Counted from the whole stretch's first letter, positions 24,517-37,443 are shown. The stretch: DNA of 63,875 nt, filler included, from Olpidium bornovanus S191 (GCA_017911155.1; 34 parts of 34 records of this genome joined end to end with filler, not necessarily neighbours in it), one strand, 5' to 3'. Numbers and translations: made by a program. Notes: generated by a model from the sequence alone, not told the origin.

Positions 24517-25609
24517 TTATCTTTTCAAGATGGCGCCAGCGGCCCTTCCTTCTTTCCCCTTCGTCTTCTTCACTCTCGCCTTGGTGAGCTGCTCGACGTA
24601 CTCCGCCACTCCGTTCTCCAGTCGCCGCGCCGTTCCGCCCTGGACGAGGTAAACTTCCTTGGCCGCGCAGGCGAGGAAATGCTGGTCGTGCGAGACGACG
24701 ACCACGGCGCCCCGGAAACCCCGCAGGGCCTCCAGGAGCGCCTCGGCGGTCAAGAAGTCCAGGTGGTTTGTCGGCTCGTCCAGCACGAGCAGGTGCGGCG
24801 CCGAGTCGCCGAACGTGGCGAGCGCGAATGCCACGCGCACGAGCTGCCCGCCGCTCAGCCCCGCCAGCGGCGCCGTGGCCGCGTCGCCCTTCAGCCCGTA
24901 GCCGCTCAGGTGCGCCCGCGCCTCGCCCTCCCGGGCGCCCGGCCTCTTCGCCAGCATCAGCCCCACCGGCGTCGTGCCGGCCGGCCGCGACCGCAGCTCT
25001 TCGACGTGGTCCTGCGAGAAGTAACTCACCGACGCCGCCGGATGCGACTGCACCGTGCCGCTCTCCGGCGATAGCTGCCCGACCAGCACCTTCACCAGCG
25101 TCGACTTTCCCTCCCCGTTCGCCCCGACAATGCCGATGCGCGCCTCCTGGTCGACGTTCATCGTCACTTTCCTCAGGATCGGCTTTCCCTTGACGTACCC
25201 GGCGCTGACGTTCTCGACTCTCAGCAGCGGGCCCTGATGCCGGAGAGGAGCCGGCTCTGGGATCACCCACGGCGAGCATTTCTCGGGAGGCTGAACAATG
25301 ACATCCTGCCTCGTCTTGAAATGATACCCCGGCATATCACGCTGAATTTAAGACCGGGAACGACACAAAATCTTCGTAAGCTTCCCCTCCCTTCCACACC
25401 AAACCTCCCACAAACCAAAAGCTGCAAAAATGAAAATGGCGTTGATTTCTTTCAAGGGGAATGGGGGGGGGGGGGGCCGGGTTGGAAGGCGGAGCACTGG
25501 CGTTCATCACACACACGCACGCACCACGCACGTTAAGCTTAAAGCGGTGGCCCTTTTCGTTGACTTCCAGACCGATCTGGTCCAGCTTTCTCTGTTTCGA
25601 AGCCATGGC
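24517..25609 (-). CDS. ABC-F family ATPase, linker and second nucleotide-binding domain
   Basis: Walker A GANGEGKST, signature LSGGQLVR, Walker B LLVLDEPTNHLD, H-loop VVVSHD, no TM segments; upstream exon ASKQRKLDQIGLEVNEKGHRFKLN. Confidence 0.92.
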
Positions 25610-25711
25610 NNNNNNNNNNNNNNNNNNNNNNNNNNNNNNNNNNNNNNNNNNNNTTAATTAATTAANNNNNNNNNNNNNNNNNNNNNNNNNNNNNNNNNNN
25701 NNNNNNNNNGG

Positions 25712-25714
<3 letters not shown>

Positions 25715-25794
<80 letters not shown>
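25715..25794. repeat. (TG)40 microsatellite at contig edge
   Basis: Perfect TG run. Confidence 0.95.
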
Positions 25795-25796
<2 letters not shown>

Positions 25797-26501
25797 GGGT
25801 GTGGGGGAGTAGGGGGATGCCAGCGGTCGACGGGGGGAAGAAAAGGGGCACAAAAGGGGCTGGAAGGGGGGGGAAAGGCGTGAAGTCGCGCGTCTGTGGG
25901 TGAACGTGAGGCTTATCACACCAGGCTTGGCTGAATTTCCTTTTTTTTTTTTGCGTTCTGAAAGGATTGCGCGTGCCACACACGACCTTCGCCCCATTTT
26001 CCTCATCAATCACACACACACACGCACGCACACTTTTTTTTTTCCAATTCGCCCTTTCCCGGCCCCACCTCCGGGTTCCCCTGCCCTCCCCGAACACAAC
26101 CCCCTCCCCAGCCCTCCACCTACCTACTCCGCCGCACGGGCAGGCGAAAAGCGGCGGGCAGATCGCCGAAACCGCCGCTGGCCAACGAAAGCTGCAGGAA
26201 CGTCACGGCCCATTGCGACTCTGCAGCGACCGCCGAGACCAAACGGCGGTTCTGCGGATCCGGCCTTTTGCCGCACTGTCGCCGTCCCCCGTCCAGGGGG
26301 GTGTTGGTTGCCTTGGGCCGGTGCGTTTTGATCTGCGCCGTCCGCCCGCTGTTACCGGCCGGCAGGGAGCAGCCCAGAGGTCCGCTTGTCGCGCCGGGGC
26401 TCGCCCTCGTCTCGAGGCTTTGACCGGGTGTTCCGTTTGATTTCCGCTCGCCAAGCCGTCGGATCTTGGCCGGCGTTTATGCGCATAGCACCGGGAATAC
26501 G

Positions 26502-27883
26502 ATGAGCAACAGCGAACGAAGACAGGGCCCGGTACGGACGCCTTTTGAGACAGAAGTCCAGGCAGTCGACAACACCCGGGGAAGGTTCCCGCCACTCTCG
26601 CGGGGGACGAACCCTCTCTCGGCGGAATCACGGACGACGACAGCAGCAAGGGCCGCTTCGGAGGCAAAACTTCCGCCCCCCACGGACAGACCGGCTCCGA
26701 CCAGTGAGAATACAAGCGGCCACCAGCAGCGCGGCAGCGGCGCTTGGGTGCCGCCTGCTCATGTGGAAGTCGGGCTCCCTCGCCACAGGTCGACCCACGA
26801 GCTCGGCCAGGCGCGCGACAGCGGACATGCAGTCCCAACACATCGGTCACACAGCACCGAGTTCAACCTGCGGTCCGCCGATCCGGCAACGTACGAGCAG
26901 GATCTCTCGCATGTGGCTTACCGGTCAATAGTAATGCGCGCCAGAACACCCTCTGAAATGCCGCCGACTGCGCCGTTCGCGCAGAACTACCGGCGACTTT
27001 CCAGACCGTCGTCTCGGGAAGACATTCGGCCGCCAAGTGCGGCGAGTGTCCGCCGTTCCAGCTCGCCCCCCGCTGATTCTGGAAACCTCCAGTCCGGAAA
27101 CCGCAGCGGTCTAAACCTCCGCAACACAGAATTCCCCCAAGTGTCCGCCGCGCCGTCCGCTTTCCGTCCGGACGCCGGGACCTTGTCCGGGGACGTGTTT
27201 GCTAAGCGGCAGACTTTATCAGATGCTGCGGAGTTTGGCGTGTTGCCGTTCGCCGTACGGCGCGCCTCCAACAGATTGTTCGGAGAAGGGGGCACCGTCA
27301 CCCCATCTGGGCCACCTCGGACAATCCCCGTTCTTCAGCAATTGCTACGGTCGGATTCGTCCACCGACTTGATTGACTCATCAGGGACGACGAGTCCCGC
27401 ATACCAGTCGAAGTTGGCATTGCGCAGGTCCCTTTCTCATCAGGAGAAGGCTATGCTCGACTCTGGACTGGAGAACATTTCGTCGTCGCGACGATCGTTG
27501 TCCAACACTGCCACGCCGGGTGGTCCGCACATGGGGCCGCGTGCGGCGCCTATAGCGAGCCCGAAAGCAACGCAGGCGAAAAAATCCCTGCCAGCCTCGC
27601 GGTCGCTACCATCCCTCCGGACATATCTTGGTGAAGCGCTGAGGCCGCCGACTTCGCCAACCGGACAGACCAGTTTGCGTGCAAATCTGACACTGCAATC
27701 ACGGCAGGCTGCCGGTGGTGCCGTGTCCGTTGTGGGTGACAGCAGTTCCGTAGGCGACAAAGACATGTTCGAGGTGCAGCGGACCTCGCCGTTGAACCGC
27801 CCATCGTCACTAGGCGCCCACAATGCCGACAGCGGGAGGTCTGCTGGCGTATTCCAGAGGATTCAGAAGCCCAAATCCGTCGA
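26502..27883 (+). CDS. Long uninterrupted Ser/Arg/Pro-rich, probably disordered coding region, 3' truncated
   Basis: About 460 open codons from MSNSERRQ to the contig end; many RxxS motifs; no domain recognised. Confidence 0.65.
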
Positions 27884-27983
27884 NNNNNNNNNNNNNNNNN
27901 NNNNNNNNNNNNNNNNNNNNNNNNNNNTTAATTAATTAANNNNNNNNNNNNNNNNNNNNNNNNNNNNNNNNNNNNNNNNNNNN

Positions 27984-29579
27984 ACATGGATACGGTGCAC
28001 GATCGGCCTCACGATCCGCTTAAACGATTGCTGGCTGTCGGCCGGTGCCAACGCTATGGCCTTTCCAAGGGACGCCAATGCTTTAACGAAGAGTTGTTCG
28101 ACCTCGTAACATTTGCCGATCTCGATATCGGCGCGACTTCGGAGGTCCAGAAGTGGACTGTTTACCTGGCTTAGCAAGTTGGAAATCATTAACAGATAAG
28201 GCAGAATGGATTTCCGGACGTCCATATCCGGCGAAGCCCGCAGCGATGCGGATGCGATCTGCCACACGGCCGTGCACGCTTCTTGGGCGAACTGGGCGTT
28301 TTGAGTGGCGGACTGAAGGAAATTCAAGTCATCTTGTATCGAATCGAGGGCACGAAGGTTGGCACTAAGGTACGCGTCGAGCGGTAGCCTGCAACTTCGG
28401 GCCGACAGCTCGAGCGCCTTGATCACAGTGTATTTACGTTTGAGCAGAACGTCCGCACCCGGAGCCGCCATCATTTGCCGCAACGCTTCTAAAGTCTTTG
28501 GAAGCTTGTCAGGGCAGTGGCGGTAGCAAACCTGGCAGAAGCTCAGAAGGACGTCCTGCTTATTGATCTTCGCCCCGGGGGTGGCCGTCTGCTTCGCTGA
28601 CTTAAACGTCTTTGGCCGATCGTCTGATCCGAGCACGGCCTCCTCCACGTCCGCCAAAATTGCCTGCGCCTTGCTCTCGTTGTGGCCCGCGCGGAGAAGT
28701 TCCAAACTTATGAACGCCCGGTGTAACCCGTCAGCCTTCACTTCCGGTGAGGACTCCAGCCTGGCTACGAATTTTGGGCTCTGCATCGCGATTCCAACCT
28801 GGAATCGCAGCATGTCAACGTAGTGCGCAGGGAGGTACGTTTTGGCGAGTCTGACGGCCCTCTCTGAAAGTTTGAGGACGTCGGCGTCCCCGTGATCACT
28901 CTGGGCGACATCACCGGTTTCTGAGGAAGTCGCGTGCTGCACTGTCCCCTTCGCATCAGCCGGAAGGAGCTTGATGTACGTAACTAAAATGTACAATCGC
29001 CATTCATGGTCTGAACTTTCGGAGTCGTCCAACGCCCTCATGACCGCTGCAATCGGTTCGATAAACAGGTTTCCAAAATTGGCGAGATACGGCTTCACCA
29101 GATTCATCCTGACGACGTCGTAAGAAATGCCTCAGTGGGGAATATTCACCGCCCTGAGATACCAGCTTCTCCTTGTGCACCCACATGCATATGGAACCGT
29201 CCCGAACGGCCGTGGACCGTGCCGGTTCAGGCAACGTTAAGGCAACCTCCAGTCCTTCGACGATGTCTTCCGCAGCTCTAGCAGCTGCTTGCGGGTCGCC
29301 GGCGTCGCCGACTTGCCGGCAGGTGACCTCGGCCTGAGTGAAAAGCGCCCTGAACCTGAGGTCTGGAGGGAATTCTTGGTCCCTGTAGATTGCGAAAAAG
29401 CGGCCGAGGAAATCTTGCGCCGCGCGGAGATCGCCCTTGACAGCATTATCTTCCGCGGCGTGGACGTATATTCGCCCTAAAGCGGCCGGCGCGAGGTTTC
29501 TCCCTAGTAGTGACCGAGCGTCGGCATCGACTTCGGAAAGGAGAGGTTTCCAATTTTGGTTTTTCAGCGCCTGAAGCAT
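27984..29579 (-). CDS. CFAP46: Cilia/flagella central-pair protein CFAP46 (FAP46/TTC40), N-terminal part
   Basis: Spliced DGSICM|MNLVKPYL..IEPIAAVMRALDDSESSDHEWRLYILV aligns with CFAP46 NASVLYWQMVRPFL..LSQTEEEDKEWRAELM; ACTAVWQ..ISNLLSQVNSPLLDLRSRADIEIGKCYE..LGKAIAL aligns with [38 protein letters not shown] (recalled sequence). Confidence 0.78.
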
Positions 29580-30659
29580 CGTCGTGTTTCACGGCCTCCC
29601 TGTCTCGATACGGAAATTTAAAGCAGACGTGGGTTAAAGGGACAGGGTCGATTGCCTTATCCCGCCCGCGTCTGCAGCTCCTCCGCGGTTGCGGGAGTGC
29701 GGACGTACGTATTGTCCAGGGTCTGCACCGATGTTGAACAAGTAGATATTAGAATGGAGAAGTTGGCGACATGNNNNNNNNNNNNNNNNNNNNNNNNNNN
29801 NNNNNNNNNNNNNNNNNTTAATTAATTAANNNNNNNNNNNNNNNNNNNNNNNNNNNNNNNNNNNNNNNNNNNNCATGAGGCCTTCGGCGCGCCCTCCATA
29901 GCCCTCAATTTACGCTACTAGACGGGCCGACACATAGGCGCGCCGGCGCGTATATACCTTCCATTGCCCAAGTCACACCCCTTGCCGCGATCCGCGCCAT
30001 CACGAATACGTCCTGGACGGCAAAAAAAAAAAAAAAGATTGCCGTCGTACATAGAAAGCGCTTCGCGCAATGCGGGCAGCGTTGTCGCAGCGCCAGCTTT
30101 TGCGATGATATGGATCGCTCTACGCCTCGCCGGAACAGTTGCCGAGCGGCCAGGTTTGGCGGGTTCCAGAAATACTGGAAAAAAAAATTAATTGAGAAGT
30201 AAACTGGGAGCCGCGCGACGAGCTTCGCCCGGGGGTATTCAAATCTGGAACACGGACCACGGGTCCTTCAACTCGTGACCACGGGCCCCGGACCGCGGAC
30301 ATCGGTCAACGGACCACGGGCGGAGGGGGTTCCATAACCTCCCCAGACACCGACTCTCGTCTCGTGCCGACCCTTCATCGTGCTTTCCGGCTCACCGCCC
30401 GTTCGCGCGACGTCGCCCCTAGTCAGGGCAAATGCCAAATTCAGGCTGAAGCTGCTTTCTCCCGTGGTCAACGAGGCGGCGAGTTCTATCGACGGCGAAA
30501 CTAATCGGGCGAAGTCGAGAAGCGACCTTTGTTGAATCCCAACGCCCCGGTGCGCGAGTTCCCCGTGTGTTCGTTTCGTGCATCCGGCACTATAGAACCG
30601 CGGCCGCAGGTGGGCGGTTGCTACGGCACCAGCGGTCCCGGCGGCGCGGCGGTCGGCGG

Positions 30660-31031
30660 TCGGCGCAGCTGGTTTCATGCTCCATCGAGCGAACCACCCT
30701 GGTCTCCAGCATTGAACACCACGTCGAGTTCAACCGGGCGGCCGAAGCTAACCGGACAGGGGCGACATTCGCGTTTAACTTGGAATATACGGTGGCGCGG
30801 ATCTTGCCATAAATGCTTCTTCAGCGGTGGAAAACCATCTTCTGGAAGTGCGCGAAAAATGGGATCGACTCGAACTCCGGCCGGCGGAAACGTTGAGGAC
30901 GGCGGACGCGAAGCAGGCAAAGCCGACGCCAGCGGAGCCTGTCAGCGGAACCCGGATAAAGTCTGGCGAACAATCAGAAGATCATGTAAAACCAGCAGTC
31001 CGGGCTGCATCTGCACTCCTCCATGATCTCG
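30660..31031 (+). CDS. Probable exons of an unidentified gene
   Basis: AG-flanked open segments LVSCSIERTTLVSSIEHHVEFNRAAEANRT and AVENHLLEVREKWDRLELRPAETL..SALLHDL. Confidence 0.3.
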
Positions 31032-31669
31032 NNNNNNNNNNNNNNNNNNNNNNNNNNNNNNNNNNNNNNNNNNNNTTAATTAATTAANNNNNNNNNNNNN
31101 NNNNNNNNNNNNNNNNNNNNNNNNNNNNNNNACGACGACGATCGCCGAACCGGCGGCAAGACGAACGCCGCGGCCGCGAGGGCAGCAAGGTGAGTGCCTC
31201 GGCGCAACCGAGAAACCCACTGGTCTCGGCGGCGCCCGTGACGACGATCGCCGTTGGAGACGGCGCTTAGAAAAAAAAAAGGAAAAAAACGACTTCCGCT
31301 CTCGTCGTATATCCGGAACTGTCTCTCTTGGGGCCTCCTGTGCGCTCGCGCTCACTCTTTTGTTTATCGTCTCAGTTCGCACCGACGACTTTTTTTTTTT
31401 GAGATTGCGTCCTGATCGCGGCGGAACTACGGGCTCTATTTCCCGCAAAAAGAACTGCAAGTTTGCCGTCGAAAACGGCAGAACCGGAAGGAGCGGGCGA
31501 AACAACGATCGAGGTGCTCCGGGCGTCCGCGCGCCCGCGGCGTTTTGCGCCGAGTTACTTTGGCGCCCGACGGCGGACGTCACGAATTCGGCCGCGGGGC
31601 GCAGATCGAAAGCGACTTTGGCTTGAAACGCCGTCGCGCACGAAAACCGGGGGAACAGGGCCAGTTTCA

Positions 31670-32290
31670 GGCTTTTCCGAACCGGAAATTCAAATCGCAA
31701 GGAGCTATCACTCCTCGGTCGAAACAACTTGCGACAATCTCTTAAACGACGGTGACGGTCAATTTTTCGGGACACCGCGGGGTCGCTGCCCCCGGGGACG
31801 TTTTCCGCCAGCTTGAAAGTCAAAGAGAAGAGAGAGAGAAATTATTATGAGGCGGCCGGGCTTTTGCATCGACCAGACGGGAGGATCGCATTTGAAAACA
31901 CGAGATGTTTTTTTGAAAAATCGCAGATCGTCAGCGGCGTGAAAAGCGCGCAGGCCGGCTCGGCTATTGCGGAATTCACGGAGCGTCACAGGGAAATCCC
32001 AAACATTAAATCCTCGCCTCAGGTGGGACCGCGCGATTTCGATTCTGAAAAAAAGGATTGACGAACATCGTTCTGCGTGATAATGCGGTTCAACAGGGAT
32101 CACCCCTCCCCCCAACCCCAACCTCTTCCCTACCCCCTCCCCATCCCTGCTCCGCGCAAAAGAGGCTCCCTGATTTGTTCCAGCAGATGCGCACAGTCGT
32201 TTCGCAAGACGAAGAGAAATCTGCGGACGATGGCTGCGTACGTGGAAGCTTCCGCTATGGAAATCAAAGAAGCGGAGAAGGTCTCCGCGG
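31670..32290 (+). CDS. Probable exons of an unidentified helical/coiled-coil protein
   Basis: AG/GT-bounded segments GFSEPEIQIARSYHSSVETTCDNLL, IVSGVKSAQAGSAIAEFTERHREIPNIKSSPQ, FRKTKRNLRTMAAYVEASAMEIKEAEKVSAADRTARLISK. Confidence 0.3.
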
Positions 32291-34278
32291 CGGACAGAAC
32301 GGCGCGGCTGATCAGCAAGGTTTGGCAGCCGTCGCGACGTCAATCCGCGTGTTCTTCTTTCTAGGTACCGGACGATTGGCCGCTTTTTCGCTTTGCTCCC
32401 CCTCCACCGCTTCCTCGTGACCCGCACGTGACGCACACGCAAAAAGCGGTAATCCTCATCACCTTTATGATCGTAGTCTGCGTAACAGGCTTAATGTTCG
32501 GGCTCGTCCTTTCTCGGGCAACGACGACCCAAAGCGCACAAGCCTCGGCTGCACCGTGCAGACATCCTATTCATAACAACACAACGGCTCCGGCTACTGC
32601 TAGATAGATGCCATATCTATCTGATCCTTGCTAACGTCAGGGTTATAGTTCAAGCAGCCGTGAGATGGCGGGGCAAATCAAGAATTGCTTTTGCCCATTT
32701 TCGGCGCCACCGTCGTCGTCGTCAATGCTTGGGAACCTTCCACGTTATCACGGGAAGACAACTTAGACCCACTGATCTGCGCCAAGCACCCGCGTGCGCA
32801 TCCCCCACACCACTCGCTTCACGAGGAGAGAATTGACGGGAATGAACTCCGGCCCGACATGNNNNNNNNNNNNNNNNNNNNNNNNNNNNNNNNNNNNNNN
32901 NNNNNTTAATTAATTAANNNNNNNNNNNNNNNNNNNNNNNNNNNNNNNNNNNNNNNNNNNNCATGTCAGGCGCCAAAAATTATTTACGGAGGCCATCTAC
33001 CGAGGTTCGCCGCGCCGTCGAAAAAAAAAACCTGTTGCGAAGATTTGAAGCTGCGCATTTGTTTTTTTGCCGCGATTCGCCGTCTTTGTTTAAAGAAGCG
33101 TGCAAAAATCCCGCACACGCGACCCCAGCGGGCCGCGTCCAGCAAGGCAAAGGATACACAGACCTTTCAGCAAACTGCTCCTGGCAGATGCTCGTTTTCT
33201 TTTCTTTCGGCGTAGGAGCGGGCCTGCAGGTGTGGGTATATGCGCCTGTTGGACGTTCGCCTGCCCTGCCAGAGCTTATGAATCTGTAAAGCCGGAATCA
33301 ATGTACATTTGGAGGCAGTGGAAGCGGCCCTCCCCGCTAACAAGTTGCCAAGAACTGGGTTGGCAGGTTCATTACCCTCATATCCCCTTTGCGACGGCTG
33401 GGTTCACGGCGCCCGGATGCTGTAAAAACTACCTAACTAGTATACCGGCCCGTACCCAGCTATACACCCATCCTCCTAATGGCCTGTAGGGCCTGCTGCG
33501 CTCTCGAGCTCGAGGCGAGCTTGTCGAAAGCAAACAAACACACATCAAGCATGGTTGAAATAACAGAAATCACGATTGTATTTTCACTACATTTTTCATT
33601 TGGGGTGCGATTAAATCAGCCGTTTACCGGCGGAATGCTAAGCGCCTCTCGCACACCAACAGGGCGCGTCGATGATGAATGGCACCGCGCGAGTAAAGCA
33701 TGACGGGGAGGATTTCAGAAAATCGCTTAGGAAGCGTTTCCCGAGGGAGTCACAACAGACCGCTACCAGAACCCGAACAGAAAACTTCGGTGATAAAAAA
33801 AAACCGCATCCGGGAGCAAAAAAGGAAGCGGATTCCACGCGAGTTTAACAGGACGGATAAACCGGCGGGAGAGAAGTTTCTTTCTATTGGTGCGAACGCG
33901 GCACCGACTGGCTGATAATTGGTACGTGTGAAAACATACGGGTACGAGAAAATTCCCCACGCAGAAACCCTCCTATTGAGAAACGTGCGGCGACACTCTG
34001 GGTGTCAGGTGTACGTAACTTAACGGCGGGAAGGTCGGATGGGGGAATTTCCATACCTTGTTACATGGTGTGTCCGCGTCCGTTTTCGCTCCGGCCGCGG
34101 TTCAGGGACTGCGGGGAAAGGGGCAGGGCCCGGGTGGGGAAGGGGCCGGCAGTCACGGCAGCCCCACGCGCCGAGGGCAAAAAAAAAAGCGTTGGCCGAT
34201 GCCCGAAACAGCGACGCGTCGAATGGGCGCAAAAAAGAAAAGAAGCAAAGTAAAAGAGGAAGGAAACAAAAAAGTGTA

Positions 34279-34557
34279 TCAGCGGAGGATGAGCTCGTCC
34301 CTCCGCTGTTTGATTTTGACATGCATGTCGGGCGTCTTGAACCCGTCGAGTTTGCGCCGCGCCAAACGCGTGGCCGGCAGCTCGCTCTCGGAAGGTCCTT
34401 CGATGAAATACATCCGAGTCGAGCCGCCTTCGAACGGGAGGACGCCGCGGTCCGTGAAGCGGAACCTGCCCTCGAGGAGACGGTGCGTCTCCTGCGACAC
34501 GTTTATTTTGCTGGGGTTGGAGGACTCCTGCAGGTGTTGCGCCTTGCTGACTGTCAG
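34279..34557 (-). CDS. Terminal exon of a class III adenylyl/guanylyl cyclase domain protein with degenerate catalytic residues
   Basis: After TTGCAG acceptor: LTVSKAQHLQESSNPSKINVSQETHRLLEGRFRFTDRGVLPFEGGSTRMYFIEG, matching DTVNxASRMES..PG+I.VS..T..LL..F....RG...KG...TYF with N>S and R>H. Confidence 0.7.
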   Translation of the reverse strand: MTVSKAQHLQESSNPSKINVSQETHRLLEGRFRFTDRGVLPFEGGSTRMYFIEGPSESELPATRLARRKLDGFKTPDMHVKIKQRRDELILR

Positions 34558-34853
34558 CTGCAACAAAAAAATTTTGGAAAATCGCGCCGCGAATGAATTA
34601 GGGAGATCAGGAGGGGAGGCCGGGGGGGGCGGGGGGGGGGGGGGGGGGGGCAGGGGGCATTGCTTTGTTCAACGGCTGCGCTGCTAAATACACATTGCAA
34701 ATGCTTTCTATTCTTAATTTTGCTGAATTCTGGCCTCAGATGGCCTTTGCACGNNNNNNNNNNNNNNNNNNNNNNNNNNNNNNNNNNNNNNNNNNNNTTA
34801 ATTAATTAANNNNNNNNNNNNNNNNNNNNNNNNNNNNNNNNNNNNNNNNNNNN

Positions 34854-36370
34854 CATGGAGTTCGACCTGAAGCTGTGGAACTGGTGGAAGGGCCAGCTGC
34901 TGCGGACGTGGCGGAAGCACCACAGGCGGATCGTCAACCAGATTGGCGTCGTCCCCGGGCGGCCCGACCGGGCTGTCTCCTGCTCCGCCGACCAGAGCAT
35001 CCGGCTGTGGTGCATCGACCAGGCCCCGCCCCCGTTCGACGGCCGCGGCGGAGCCGCCGCCGGCGCGTGCTCCCGGCGGTACGCATCCGGGGTGCACTCC
35101 AACGAGCCTTTCGCCGGTTTCGCCTTTTCCGGCAGGGGCCGGAACCAGGCGCTGGTGTCCGTCACCTGCTACGCCTTGCGGCTGTACAAGATCCGGACGA
35201 TGGGGCTGCTGTGGACGACGGTGATTCCTCAGCTGAAAGCGAGGTAAAAGCGCGCGAGTCGCGCCTTCTTACCTGTCCTCCCCCATCACGGGGCCGGCGC
35301 GCGCGTCAGCGGAAGGGGTTTTTTTTTTCATTTATTTTTTTTTGGCCGTGCGGCGGGGGGCCGAAAGTTGTCAGGACCGCGAACGCGTTTTTTCGGCAGG
35401 GGGTCTCGCGCGCTTTCGTTTTTGTTTTTGTTTTTTTTTTTCGGTCTCGAACCGCCGGCGGGCGGGGCGCGAAGGGGTGTTTTTGTCGCGCGTCGGGTTA
35501 ACGGTCAGCGAATCAGACGCGCAATTTTTTTTTTTTTTTCTGTTGACCGTAGAAGGTCCCCTCCGTCCCCTCGTTTCTCCTCCGCCGCCCTCCCGCCCGC
35601 CCTCCTTTCTCGCCCGGAAACAAAAAAAAAAAATTACGAAAACAAAAAATAAATTAATAAGCAAGACGCCCATAACGTCGATCTGCTCGCACCCGCTCGA
35701 CGACCGCTTCGTCCTGATCTCGGCGGACTGCCAGGCGATGATGTACGACCTCGCCTGCAGGGCCACGCTGCGCGTCTACAACGCTCGGGAACTCTGCCCA
35801 GGGGGACGCGCGCGCGAGAGAGAGAGCGACAGAGAGAGAAAGAGAGAGAGAAAAGAAAATGGGGAAGGAGGAGTCACCTGAAATTTTTCTTTTTTCGTTT
35901 CCTGCGCCGGACGCGCTCGCGGAATAACGCAAGAACGACTTTCTTTTTCCCATACGGTCTCCTCCTCGCTCCCCTCCACTTCCTTCTTCCCTCGCGCCTC
36001 TTTACTTTTTTCCGTCTTTTTTTTTTCCGTGCAGAAACGTATCCGGGCCAGCCTCAGCCCCTGCGGCGCGTACGTTTACGCCGGCGGAGGCGACCTCGCG
36101 TCCGGCGGTCCGCCGCCGACCACCGCTCCTCGGTCCGGAAGGAGGGCGGCGGCAGCGGGCGGGGAGCCGCCGGACCCGGCCGGGGCGGCGGCGGGCGGGC
36201 ACCGGCCGCCCGACGACCCGCCCTTGGGAACGGGCCTGTTCTTCTGGCGGGTCGACTCCGGGAAACTCGACCGCGGGTGCTCCGGCGCCAGGTCGCGCAG
36301 GCGGCAGGGGTGCGACGAATGGGGCCCGGTTGCAGCGGCGGAGGCGGCGCGGGTCGTCACCGCCTGTAAA
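34854..36370 (+). CDS. WD40-repeat protein, internal exons
   Basis: DLKLWNW..HHRRIVNQI..AVSCSADQSIRLW; TPITSICSHPLDDRFVLISADCQAMMYD; RASLSPCGAYVYAGG. Confidence 0.8.
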
Positions 36371-36497
36371 TGGTGCGTTGGTGAACCGAAAACATGANNN
36401 NNNNNNNNNNNNNNNNNNNNNNNNNNNNNNNNNNNNNNNNNTTAATTAATTAANNNNNNNNNNNNNNNNNNNNNNNNNNNNNNNNNNNNNNNNNNNN

Positions 36498-36600
<103 letters not shown>

Positions 36601-37410
36601 AAGAAAAAGAAAAAGGAAGAAAAAGAAAAAGAAAAGAAAAGGAATCCGTCACTTGTCCCCCCCCACCCCCACACACACACACACCCTCCCCCAACTTTTT
36701 TTTTGCACCGTTGCGTCCACGTAATAATGAGGGATCGCGCAGGAAAAAAAACATCATCATCTTTCGGGCGGCCCCCCCCTCCCCCACTTTGGCAAGCTAA
36801 TAGATAACACGTTTTTTTTTTCACCCTGTACGTTTTTTTTTCCGGGGGCGTGAATGAAGTGGGGGGATGGGGGCTGATACGTGACGCTCCCGGGAGGTGA
36901 GGGGGCGGGTGCGAACCAGCACGGCCCTCGTTCAGTGCGGATTTGAACTTCCTCAAAATTCCCCCCCCCCCTCTTACTTACTGTTCGATTTGCCGCCGGC
37001 ATCAACGGAATCCCGGATACGCGGGCAGTGTAAAAAAAAAAAAAAATAGAAAAAATAAAAAAAATATAAAAAATATTTCTGCCCGCCTCGATCTTCAGCG
37101 CGCGTTTATTACTCGTGTTCCGATGAAAAGAGCTCGGGGGTGACCAAAGGTTCATGTGACGCAGAAGGGAAGGGGACGTCCAAAATTTGCGGGGCGGAGA
37201 GACGGTGGGTTTTGTTTTTTATTTTTTACTTTTTTTCCTGCAAAAAACTGAAAATATAATTATAAAAAAAGAAATAAAAAAGGCGCCGCGCGCGCGGAAG
37301 AGGGCTCCACCCCGCGTTTCTTCCACTGGCATGATAACCGCGCGGGGCGCCGGGTGACACGCGGGCAGGTAGAGAAGAACAACGCCCGTTTGACCGCGAG
37401 ACGGGCGAGC

Positions 37411-37443
<33 letters not shown>

